Shown piece after piece: positions 26,701 through 37,527 of a DNA stretch of 64,000 bases. Every line of letters starts with the position of its first letter. Positions within the stretch are counted from its first letter, which is position 1. Location of the stretch: contig JBPGPT010000021.1 in the NCBI GenBank assembly GCA_051047955.1, positions 186,001 to 250,000 on the forward strand, given 5' to 3'. A program made the position numbers and the translations under genes. The DNA comes from Cystobasidiomycetes sp. EMM_F5. Taxonomy: Eukaryota. The notes under the pieces were generated by a model, which saw nothing but the letters and a program-made list of their open reading frames with translations, searched no databases and had not been told where the DNA came from.

Positions 26701-28010
26701 GCTGATCGACCAGGAACTCGGCAGTACCAGCGTTGCGGTAATTGACGGATTTTGCAATCTTTTTTGCATCCTCCAGGATCTTGAAGCGGACTTCATCATC
26801 AAGCACAGCAGGAGCTTGTTCAACGACTTTCTGGTGTCTTCTTTGGACAGAACAGTCACGCTCGAACAGATGTACGACGTTTCCTTCCGAATCACCCAGT
26901 AATTGCACTTCGATGTGTCTTGGCTTGTCCAGGAAACGTTCGATAAAGACGGTTCCGTCACCAAAAGCAGCCTTCGCTTCAGAGACGGCACGCTCAAAGC
27001 CATCCTTGAATGCCGACTGTTCGCGTACGACTCTCATACCGCGACCACCCCCTCCCATGGCAGCCTTGATGATGACCGGGAAGCCATACTGCTTGATGAA
27101 CGAGTCTGCGAGTTCGTACGATTCGATAGCGCCTTCTGTGCCGGGTACGACAGGAACTCCCGCTTTGACAGCTGCATACACATGTATCGTCAGACTGATT
27201 CATGGATGCTTGCCTGAGAGTAACCTTACCAGCGGTTCTCGCCTTGACCTTGTCACCTAATCCGTCGATGACTTCCGGTTGCGGACCGATAAAGGCGATA
27301 CCAGCGTCTTCCACCTGCACTTGTAATCTCAGTACTGCATTAGTCTTTGATCGCGCCTAGTTGCCCACCTTCTTTGCGAATTCCGCATTCTCCGACAGGA
27401 AGCCGTATCTAGGTGGGCTATGCTTCAGCAACGAGCGGAGTCACCGGGGCAGCGGACTAACCCAGGATGGATCATATCGACGCCGTGCTCCAGTGCAATT
27501 CTGATGATATCGTCTTGGGCCAGGTATGCGGCGACCGGCGTCATGCCTTTACCGACTTGGTAGGATTCATCGGCCTGGAGACGTGAAGCCATGACGTCTG
27601 AGTCGTGTACTGCCAAATTTGAACGGGCACAATCTACGCACCTTGTATCTGTGTGCGTTCATGCGGTCTTCGTAGGAGTAGATGGCGACAGTCTTCATGG
27701 CCAGCTCATGGGCAGTCCGGAAGACACGGATAGCAATTTCGCCTCGATTTCTGTCATTGTTAATGGCATCAGACTTATAGCTCTTGAACGTCTTCCTGCC
27801 GGACTTTGCCTACGCTACGAGAAGCTGGAAGAGGCGCCAAAGTCAACATTCCGTCATATCCGCGACTTTGCCAAAGCCAGGCTACCATACCTTCTTCAGA
27901 GGACCGCGATGGCCAGCAGTTGCCCGCCTGACGCCTGCGACAGTAGCCATGCCATGAGGGGTGTAGGCACCACCGCCTGGAGTGGCTGGGGTGCTCGAGC
28001 TGTCATGCAT
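23759..28010 (-). CDS. PYC1: Pyruvate carboxylase (multi-exon; start may lie upstream near 28182)
   Basis: Biotin carboxylase motifs ([36 protein letters not shown]); carboxyltransferase motifs (RDAHQS, IKDMAG, HVHSHDT, HEMPGGQ, KVTPSSK); biotin carrier AMKM. Confidence 0.97.
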
Positions 28011-28551
28011 GGGAGACAGCGAGAGAGCGTCAATATAGTGAGCTTGTATTGTGCGTAGAGTGCCGTATAAGCTCAACGCGGCCCAATCCTGATATTGGGA
28101 TATTCCCGCTGTGACCTGGCTGCGCTGGCCAGAAAGCCCAACCAAGCCCTTTGGCGCAGGAATGACGCCGGCACTCACCCATCTGCGCGCAGCGACAAGT
28201 CCATCGCGACGAGCTCCTCAGAAGCAGCTGAGCTGTCCTTGGCGCAGTATGGCAAATTGCGACTCGATGCTCCGCTGAGAATGGCTCACTTTCCGCCTTA
28301 TCACAATCAACAGGGCGGGCCTCGAAGCGGAGAAGCCGGACTAGTCTGCAGGTATAAGATGGGCAATTGCGTGATGCACATAGTGCTTTGTATATGATAC
28401 ACTGATACTGACACACTGACTGTCGCCAATCCGGCTCGCTGAAAGTTTCTCTCAACGCAAGGACAAAGTGCGGGGATTTTTGCCCGCAGCCATGCACCCC
28501 ACATAGATACAACGAGTGGCTCGGCTGAACGCTGAAGATGTCACTCTACGT

Positions 28552-29043
28552 GACGGAGAATTGACTTGATCCGCCTGCTCCTTGTTGCCTTCCCGCGGAA
28601 ATGTGTCGCATGACTCTGATCTCATGTACCAGTCAAAATCGCCCACAACCTTGGAGGATGGTGTCACTTTGACGATATCGCCGCACAGAGCATTCGCATC
28701 GATATAACGGGCCTTGACTTCGGTCCACTGCTGGCCCAAGCCAAGCGATTGTGCTTGGAACATGAGGTTGGTGTCTGGAGTAGCGGAATCCCACAATCAG
28801 CATGGACATGCACAGCAGCACCTGTTATCCGACTCACATTGACCGCCAGGCATGGCGTGATCGAAAACAGAGGAGCTGCGTAACGATGAAACATGGTTGC
28901 AAAGCGGAGATGTTGGACAAAGGAAATCGTAATGAGCGAGTGTCCTCAACAGGGCAACTGAGTCTAGGCTTACTCTGAACTCTTCACGTTGGCATCGAAA
29001 GGGGCATACAGCTGCAGTATGCGGACCTACGTCCAGTTCTGAT
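28552..29043 (-). pseudogene. Partial genomic copy of PYC (about 24465-24950), including two introns, located upstream of PYC
   Basis: Near-identical direct repeat at offset 4087 bp. In-frame TAG at 29027-29029, a 6-nt insertion near 29011, HEMPGGQ changed to HAMPGGQ, and decaying homology at both ends. Confidence 0.9.
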
Positions 29044-29240
29044 TCGCTCTCGAAGGTGGCTGACGCGTGAACAAATGCATGACCTGACCATCCGGACGGG
29101 GTTGCAGTTGTGTCAACAGGTCGACCCACTCCCATGCACCCAACAGAGCATCTACCTTGATGACGACTGCTCGCCTCGTCACAAACCCGCCATCGTTCAG
29201 GAGGCTGGATTGTTTTCATGCAGCGACCCGCCAAATTTAC

Positions 29241-29247
29241 TATAAAA
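29241..29247 (+). promoter_or_regulatory. Putative TATA box (TATAAAA) of the His-rich secreted protein gene, followed by a 5'-UTR intron at 29439-29489
   Basis: TATAAAA followed by a CT-rich tract; gtgagt...gctaa...cacag lies before the ATG at 29544. Confidence 0.5.
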
Positions 29248-29543
29248 CGCGGTCTGTCCTCAACTTGCGGCTTGTCTCTCTTCTTTTCCATCCGCTCTCC
29301 CACCCTCTACAAGTCCTGGTGACTTTCGCATCCCATACGCCCAAATAGATCCTGGTGATCTACCTGCCACTCCCTCGAATCGCAAATCGCCTTCCCTACC
29401 GGATCACATCTCTCACCCCATCAGCTGGTCTGATTACAGTGAGTCATTCCAATCTCGTATGCATTGGCTTCCGCTAAACCCTTGCACAGCTCGCAATACC
29501 AAATACATACCATTTCATATCTTCAAAGTCACGATCAGCCGCC

Positions 29544-31458
29544 ATGGTATTTATCAAACAAGCTCTCGCTGCCGCCACAGTTGTCGCCTTGTCCGCATCG
29601 TCCGTCACTGCCGTTCCTGTAACTGCAGGACAAGGCAGTGCTCAACACCCTATCGAGAAGCGCGACCATCATCATCACTACGAGAGTTATGATGAAAACG
29701 ACCACTATCACTATCATGGTCATCATCATGTGAGAAGACTCTCTAGATGTACGACGAATCGTGCTGACAACTTCCCTTCAGCAACGTCGCGGAGCTCTGA
29801 TTGATCTGGAGATACTCAACCTTGGCGGGCATCGCAAGTATATCAAGAATGTCTACACTGGCCACGATAACGACGTTGTCGTCCATAATGAACGTGTAAA
29901 CGTCGGAAAGCGCTCACCACGCGAACATCGCGAGAAGGATCGTCATGACGACAAGAACGGCAAGAGCGAAAAGAGTGGAAAGCATTCTTCAGAGAACCAC
30001 GAAGAGCAGTCTCACCCCAAGCACAAGTCGGGTAACAACAACAAGTCGGGCAACAAGTCTGGCAAGTCTAAATCTGAAGGATCGTCCCGAAAGAAGATTC
30101 ACAACAGATCGCTGTCTGCAAGACGACACCACGAGGAGAATGATCTGGTAGAGGTCGATATCCACGGCGGTCGCCATCATCGTCACTCGGACTCCAAGAG
30201 CGTCAGAGTCTACAATAAGCGACACGAGCATATTCATGAGCATGTTTATGAGCATGAGCATGACCATGAGCATGACCACGTACATGAACATGAGCATGAG
30301 CACGATCACCACAGCCATGACCATGACTACGATTATGATCGCCGTCGTCATCATCAACACTGGGATCACCACCACCATCAGGGTGCCGTCGTAGATGTCC
30401 GGGTACACAAACGTGACCAAAGCGGACCTAGCGGTACTCCAGGTTTCGTCGAGGTTGCAAGCACGCTGTTCCATTCGAATCTTGCCAAGACTGTTGCAGG
30501 CCTCGTCTTCAGCAAAGACCCCGAAGGCAACTCCTCAGACTTTATGCTCGGGACATCTGATTCTCATTCGACTCAATTCTACCTAGCTCAGATCAATGGA
30601 ACCGCTCGCACAGCCTCCCTTGATGACATGGTACCTATCAACACCCTACCAGCCAATACAACCGTGTCGAAAATGAACGCGACGGGTGTTCCGATGTACC
30701 AGCTTCGGGTTCCGGTCCTTAACAGCCAGACTTTGCAACCGGATGACTATTGCGCAACTTTCGATGTCAAGCCGCCTTCTCCCTTGTCGATGCAGCCTTG
30801 CGGTCAGGTTGATGGTCATTCACAAGCCTTTTCGTATGACACCACAACCGGCCAGCTTGTCCCCGTCTATCCTCCAACCAACGGTACAGCGTCGACAGTC
30901 AAGGCGGCAGTCAAAATGAGCGATCCTACTGCTTCTCCTTTCGCTTCGAATGCAACTTCTTCTCTCACCAATCCGCCTTCCAATATGAGCGCACCTGTCT
31001 CAGATGCCGACATGGTGGCAGCGGCAGCTCCAGTCTCGCTGTACTTCGTGCCAAGCTCGGGAATTACAGGCTCTCAGGTCAAAGTCGCGGGTACTGATTC
31101 GCCTCAACTGGCCCAAGCTTTACCCGACGTTGGGTCGATATCTTCCTCGTCTGCGTTGGCTGTCTCTCAATGGGCTTCGTTAGCTTCAACAGCTACTGCA
31201 GCGTCTGCAGACATCACGTCTCTCTTCACACCCGCAGTTAAGGCGGCCAACGTTGTTACCGATTCTGCGGCACCGTCTGCGCCAACAGATTCTTCAGTGT
31301 CATCCGCTTCCATCTCTGACGGTATGGCGACACTCACAATTACTGCGACTATCACTACCTCAATGAGTGGTCCAAGTGCGACCAGCGGTACTATTTCAGA
31401 GACTCTGACTTCCGACGTTAGCTCTGCGAGTGCGCCTACGAGTACCGTCAGCGCATGA
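29544..31458 (+). CDS. Secreted 620-aa His-rich precursor with multiple dibasic (Kex2-type) sites, a Cys-containing globular domain and a Ser/Thr-rich tail
   Basis: Signal peptide MVFIKQALAAATVVALSASSVTA; phase-0 intron 29730-29781; KR/RR sites flank His-rich segments; YCATFD...PLSMQPC...SQAFSYD domain. Confidence 0.82.
30223..30339 (+). repeat. Degenerate hexamer repeat (CATGAG/CATGAC) encoding alternating His-Glu/His-Asp
   Basis: Encodes HEHIHEHVYEHEHDHEHDHVHEHEHEHDHHSHDHDYDYD. Confidence 0.85.
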
Positions 31459-31636
31459 AAAGTAGTAGTCGGTGTACTCGAAATATTGCGTTGTGAACCC
31501 TTGAGTTGGAAAAGGATTTGACACCATCTTTTCGTGCCTTTTGCTAACGTCTACATGCAACAAGTATACTGATCAAGCGATACTGCAGTGCACCTTCCAC
31601 CTGAACTACGTGTATGTCATGTTGAAGGTTTTTCAA

Positions 31637-34600
31637 TCAGCTGGTCTCTCGTATCGTGAATATACAGCCGTCTGCATCATAGTCTGTATTAGTGGAGTCT
31701 TTGCATGGAAGTTCAGGCCGTCCGAAAACATACCTCCAGCGAATATAGTCTGCTTGCGCATGGCCATATTACGTACGGGCGACGTATTGTGATGCTCTGG
31801 CATGCCAGAATGTTGCCGCATATAAGGGTTTATTGATTGATTATGTTGAGGGTAGGAGTGCAGGGCTTGCGCAGCGTGATGGGCTGCGGAAGAGGACGTT
31901 GGGGATTCTGCGAACAACAGGCGCATATTCCATCCAGGTATTATTTGCATGAGCGCGCCGCTCTCGACATGTCTAACTTCAATGAAGTTGGGTTCGAAGG
32001 CCAAGACGTATGGGTAGTGCAAAGCTGAAAGACCGCAAGGCGATAGTCAGCATCCGCCGCCATTCCGTGCGCTCTTAGATAGCCTACCGAAAGAGACGGG
32101 GCTCCCTTCCCACGTGACATGCCAATTCGACCGTGCCCTCCAACCATTTTTCTGCAAGGTCGCTTTAGCTTAGCTTTGAGCGTTATACGCCCTACTTACG
32201 TTGACGTAAAAGGCGAATTCGTCGTAGCAAAGCAAGAAATCGCTGTCAATACGATATATTGCGATAGGTCTAGCGCTCTCCCGTTTCTGCACAAAGTCTA
32301 ATGAAGAGTCTGCCGGATCTAGAAGACCTTGAGTGTCTAGGGTGTCGAGGTTGACAATTTCGAATCCGTGAGGGCATCCCACACAGAGTTTGCTCTTGAG
32401 GAAGTGCATGGAGCTTGATTCGTATGCTATATAGAATTCCTTGTATATCCGTAGAAGCTCGTGGTTGCCTTGCAGCAGTTTTCGAAAGGCAGGCTGTTTT
32501 TTGTTGCCGCGGCCGTGGGGGTCTATAGGTTCTAGCGTCTTGATCGTACTAGATGTTGGGTTGGATTTCACAATGCAGACCAGAGTACGATTCGAGCAGA
32601 CGCCTGTCTTGAAGAAGCTCGCATTGGTCGATATTTTCCTTGCTCGCTTAGCGGCTCCAACTGCATCAGCTGGATCGAGATTGTCCACTAAGAATGTCTG
32701 TACAGCACGATCTGCCAAGACTACCAGGATGCCAAAATCCTCCAAGACTTCCACTTGCGTTACGTTAATCGTAGAGATCACTTTGACAGGTGCTTTGTCG
32801 TTAGAGTTCAGATTGGCCAGATAAACGCCGTTGTCAGTTCCGTATATCATCTGCTGACCACCATCTGTAGAAGAAGGCTTAGACGAGCTTCTTCGAGGAA
32901 CAGACGGGACAGCAAATCTTACCAAACGGAGCCGCACATATTACCCGATTGGTGCCGACAAAGAAACCTTCGCAGAGTACGTTTGTATCGAAGACCATGC
33001 TTCTTTCGCGAAGTTCTAGTTGACGTTGCTCAATCTTGTCCAACCACTTCTTGCGCCCAGAATGCGTCGGCGACCATAGTGTCAGGTTGTAACCTTTGCG
33101 GCCAAGGTGTGTGAACAATATTGGAAACCCTTGTTTACTGGTCGGTTCCGGAGTTCTTGAAGTCCCGTTAGTACTCAGGTTGAGTTTCGATGAGTTTGAC
33201 GCTCGAGACATGAGAGATCGCGGTTGCAGAGTACTTGCACGCATATTTATCGGTTCGTCTGCGCAGCTCACTACAAGCAACTCCAGAGGTATCGGCTTGC
33301 GATACACTTTGTACTGCTCTTTGCCAGCGCCAGAAGCTTTCGGCTTGACCATCAATACCGCATGGTCAAACAGATAGACTTGTAAGTCTGCACTTTCGCT
33401 TTGGGTGCCGCCCCGTTTCTTCAAAGAACCCTTGAAAATAAGATCACGCTGTTCGCTACCGAGTTGTAAATCGACAGCTTCTCCCGGTCTGAAGATCAAT
33501 TGCTGGTTCAGTTGTGCTAGATTGAATCTGGCCTCCGTTCGCCCGGATTCGTGATTGACTTTGGCAAGCAGCTCCCTTATCAGTTTGACGCATCGAGGAA
33601 TGTTTTGCTTGTCCGGATTACCCTCTGGAGTGATCTTGAGGATGACTTCCAGTAGCAAAGGATACCTTGCAAGACGCGTCGTGGGCTTCGTAAGATATCC
33701 GTTCAACTCGAGTTTTCGCGATTCGGGAAGACGTTCAGTCGTCTATAACGAATGGTTAGCCGATCAGGCCGTATCCTCGAGCATAATCAAACAGTGCAAA
33801 CACACCTCCACAAATTTGAGAAAGGCGGGGTTACTACCCTTTTCCTTTTCAAACTCGTATTTACCATATAGTTGATGCGCTCCGTATTTGACGAACGGGG
33901 CAAAATCTACAATAGCTTTCAGTAGGACATCGCCGACACTGCTGACTATCGGTTGCGATTTTTGACGGCGGGTCAGAGCTTCCGCGAGCTTGATGTTTAC
34001 AGCATGAACATCCATAACGTTCCAAAATACTTGATTGACGAATGTCTCGCGTCTTGACTCGGGCAGCGTGCTGCCTGTCTTCAATGGCGTTATCCATTTC
34101 TGCGAATGACTTGTTTATGCTATCCTGATCACAATGTTATCACGCGACTTACATCTCGCAGATACTCTAGATCTCTGACAAAGTCTCGTTCCGTGTAGAT
34201 TAGCTCGTTGATGGCTTCTTGCCGCTTCTTCTCTGTATCATTTACGGAGTCTGAGACCTCCTTAGGTACCGAATGTATCCAGAGCATTCCGGGCTCCTGT
34301 ATGGCCGCAGATGGGTGATCAGCTTCGGTAACGACTTAAGCATCTCTTGAACTGACCGAACCGAGACGATCGTCGTCGCCTAGCAGACCCTCTTCAGAAT
34401 TACTCTTCTTCAAGCCTGGCTTCAGCTTCATATTGAGCCTAGCTTGCTGTTCCAATCTGCGTGGACATGCAATGGAATAGCACAGTCGATCCCTCGTGCA
34501 CGTTGGTGAGTAGCAGTCCGTCAAGAGCGTGAAGACGCCAGTCGGGACTGCAAAGTCCTCCGACAGCATAGTGTCAGTCGGGCTCGGAGGCCTTCTGACA

Positions 34601-37155
34601 GGCACTTCGAGGCCATTTCCCAAAGCGAGACGGTGGACGCTTCCTTCATTTGAGCCAAATGGACCCGAATGGAGGCGCTCCCTGAACTGATACAGTTCAT
34701 TTGGCGAGTCGCGCAAGCGATGATCATAGGTAACATCGTGGAAGAATTTTTGCGCATCCAGAGCTCGCCCAAGCAGCAGAGCGAGGTTTCGGTCTGATGT
34801 GCGGATAATGTATGCAATCTTGTCGACTGCTTCCTTGCCGTCGAAAGCATCGGTGTATGACAGGCCATCTTTTGTCCGCTCAGCAAGAGTGATGCGCACC
34901 TTGAAGGCGTCGGCGACCCGCGATAGTAGAGCGGGATAGACGACAGGACCTCGTCTGGGCGCGACAGAGCCAGAGTGAGAGTCGCGATGAGACCGGCGTG
35001 TCATTGTCGAAGGGGGTCCGATATTACTGCTTACGACGGAATTGGGCGACGGTACAGGTATTTCTGAAATGCTGGAATTGTGCGGAGAATGGGACGGCGG
35101 TCGGACTACCGGACGATCCATCATGCCAGAGAATGAAAGGGCGCGATCACCGTATGCCGAAGTTGCTTTTGGCTGAGTAGGATAGACCCGGACACTCTCG
35201 GTAGACCGGCGAGAGCTATTGTGCGTCAGCACAGTATGGTTGTGCTGACCAGCAGCGTACTGTGTGGGATAGTATTGACCTGCCTGAGGTGGGCCATAGC
35301 GGTGCTGATGTTGCCCGGGCGTCCCAGCATGGCCGTATTGCCCGTCCCCTTGAGAGTAATGCCCGCCAGGCTGGATGAAAGAGACTGGCGAAGTGTATGT
35401 GGAGGAAGCTGATGGTTGATATATGGAGGTGTGATCGCTGTCTATAGACGCACGTGAGTATTGCTCTGTGATTTGGTGATATGCATGTCGGGGATCGTAG
35501 GCTGCTCAAAAGGGGGACAACGCATGCTCTGATCATCAGTGTCCTGCATTTGGTTGATATCAGCATCACTCACCTGACTGATGCCGTGGTTGATTGTCGT
35601 AAGGGGGGACGTGGTTCTGGCTGTGCTGACTGTGAGCGTCACTGCCAGAAGTTGGACTATCCCTGTATCCGTCCATTTCCGAAGCGTAGTCGCGGACCTG
35701 CGATGACCCAATAGACATTGGAAAGCTACGAGTACTAGCATAGTCTGACAGACGCTCCATGACGTGACCTCCGGGAGACAGCTGCTCATCCGAAGTGTGC
35801 GACAATCCTGATGCCGGTGTGTATGCAGGGCTAGTCCCGCCGGCAGAACCTGCCGATGGTGTCGAAGAACCTGTGTCGACGCCTGTCGTCCGCTGTGACC
35901 GACTATCTCGCTTGCCTGGATTACCAGCGTTCGCCGTCTGGTCGCCATCGATCAGTCCAGACGCAGCAGCCGATGCAAACCAGTCAAACTCTTCGTGATC
36001 AATGTCCAGACTTGGTAGTTTCGGGCCGGATTTGATGGGAGAATTGCTCGATGCCGTAATAGTTCGCGGTAAGCTGGGTTTTGCATTAGACGCAGAGCTG
36101 GATGGCATGTCGTTGTAAAAGTCTATCGTAGCACATTCCGCATCGTATGAAGATACAGAGTCGGCAATTGTGGGGGCTGTCGGTACTGTCTTGTTCGAGC
36201 TCGTGGACGTGGCGATAGTGGAGGGAGTTCTTGACGTCGAGGCAGATGCCGATGGGACACGGTTGCTCGACGAAGAAGCCGACGAGACGGTGGGTGGTGC
36301 TGGAGGAGGAGGATGTCCGAGCGAAACGGGCAGGTAGCCGGATGCTGTGCTATCTGTGCTCAAGCGTGATCTGCCGAGACCGAGCGGTTGTTGGGAAGGA
36401 GGCAGCGCAGGAGCCGCTCTTCCTGTAGGGTCGTAGGGCGATCTCGATGTACTTGCAGAAGTGGAAGGTGGACCGAGCTCGGGCGGTCGTGAGTAGGCAT
36501 ATCCAGCACCTGCGGAAAGTTGGCGTTGCTGCTGCCGAGGTTGATAGCCTGCAGGAATACCGGCAAGCGACTGCGCACGTTGCAGAGGCTGCTGCTGAGC
36601 ATGGTACTGCGGATGCAGAGGTGCAGACTGCTGCAGCGGTTGCGAAGGCTGATGATGCGCCTGGACTTGCGCCGGAACGACTGATGGAGGTGCTAATCCC
36701 GTCGCTGTCGCCGTGCTCGCCCGTCTATCAAAACTTGCATCATACTGCTGTTCTTGTATGCTCGACAACTGCGGTGAGCCCGTCATGTACGGAGCACCAC
36801 TGCCGTAGTAAGACACAGGTCTCGGCTGACCTGCCGTAGGAAAGTTTGGCGCAAGTTGCTGAATGTAAGCTTGCTGATAGCCTGGCTGCTGCTGCATGTA
36901 CTGCTGCTGCGCATATCCTCCCTGCACCGGGTACGGCCGTGGCCCAGCTACACCCAGACCTGGTCCAGCGCTGTGAGCATGATGCCCAGACGGCGGCAAC
37001 GGTGGAGCAGTCGCAGCAGGATTCGGCCGCAGGGAGTTAGGCCGACCAAAGATATCATTAAAGGCCTGCACGCAAACGTGATAAGCAACTTTTGATTGCA
37101 GGACAGCTCCGCTTTGCGACTTTACCTGGTTCCGGTCAGTCTGACGCCGGGCCAT
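31637..37155 (-). CDS. ROM2: Rho1 guanine nucleotide exchange factor, Rom2/Rgf1-like (DEP-DH-PH-CNH)
   Basis: VYPALLSRVA; DEP (FDGKEAVDKI...LGRALDAQKFFHDVTYDHRLRD); DH (KRQEAINELIYTERDFV, KPTTRLARYPLLL); PH; CNH (YGTDNGVY, FLKSKLCVGC, YPYVLAFEPNFIEVR). Confidence 0.92.
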
Positions 37156-37527
37156 GCTTTTACTGCTGCGAGGATGAGTGCCCTGGCGGGGGTCAGTCTA
37201 AGTGGTCATATCAAGTGCTGGCCATATTTCATAGTTGCAATCATGGGCCATATCGCAGCAAGTGCTATAAGGGTCGTTGCAGGCAAGAATTGTCAGACGC
37301 CGTGTGAGCGGTTTGGACCTCGATCACGGTCATCGTATGACCAGGGATCCGCCGAGTGCCTTATTGTGTCAAACAATGCTCGTTCTTAGACTACACAGGA
37401 CGTCTATGGGTATGCTTGATTCGACACTCTGATCCCGGTACAACATGGCCACCCCCGAAAATCCAGACAAAAACTGATAAGAATCACCACATTCCGACTT
37501 GTACTTACTCAAGATTTGGCAGCAGCA

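Noticed and set aside
28490..29141. 10-bp direct repeat CCATGCACCC (28490-28499 and 29132-29141) around the PYC copy, with a faint inverted match (28514-28525 vs 29120-29131), suggesting Pack-MULE-like capture
   Set aside because: One 10-mer match within about 1 kb is plausible by chance. The inverted match is short, imperfect and not flush with the repeat, and no transposase is present.
30223..30339. CATGAG-type repeats as a CRISPR-like or non-coding array
   Set aside because: There are no spacers, and the repeats are fully explained as in-frame His-Glu/Asp codons.
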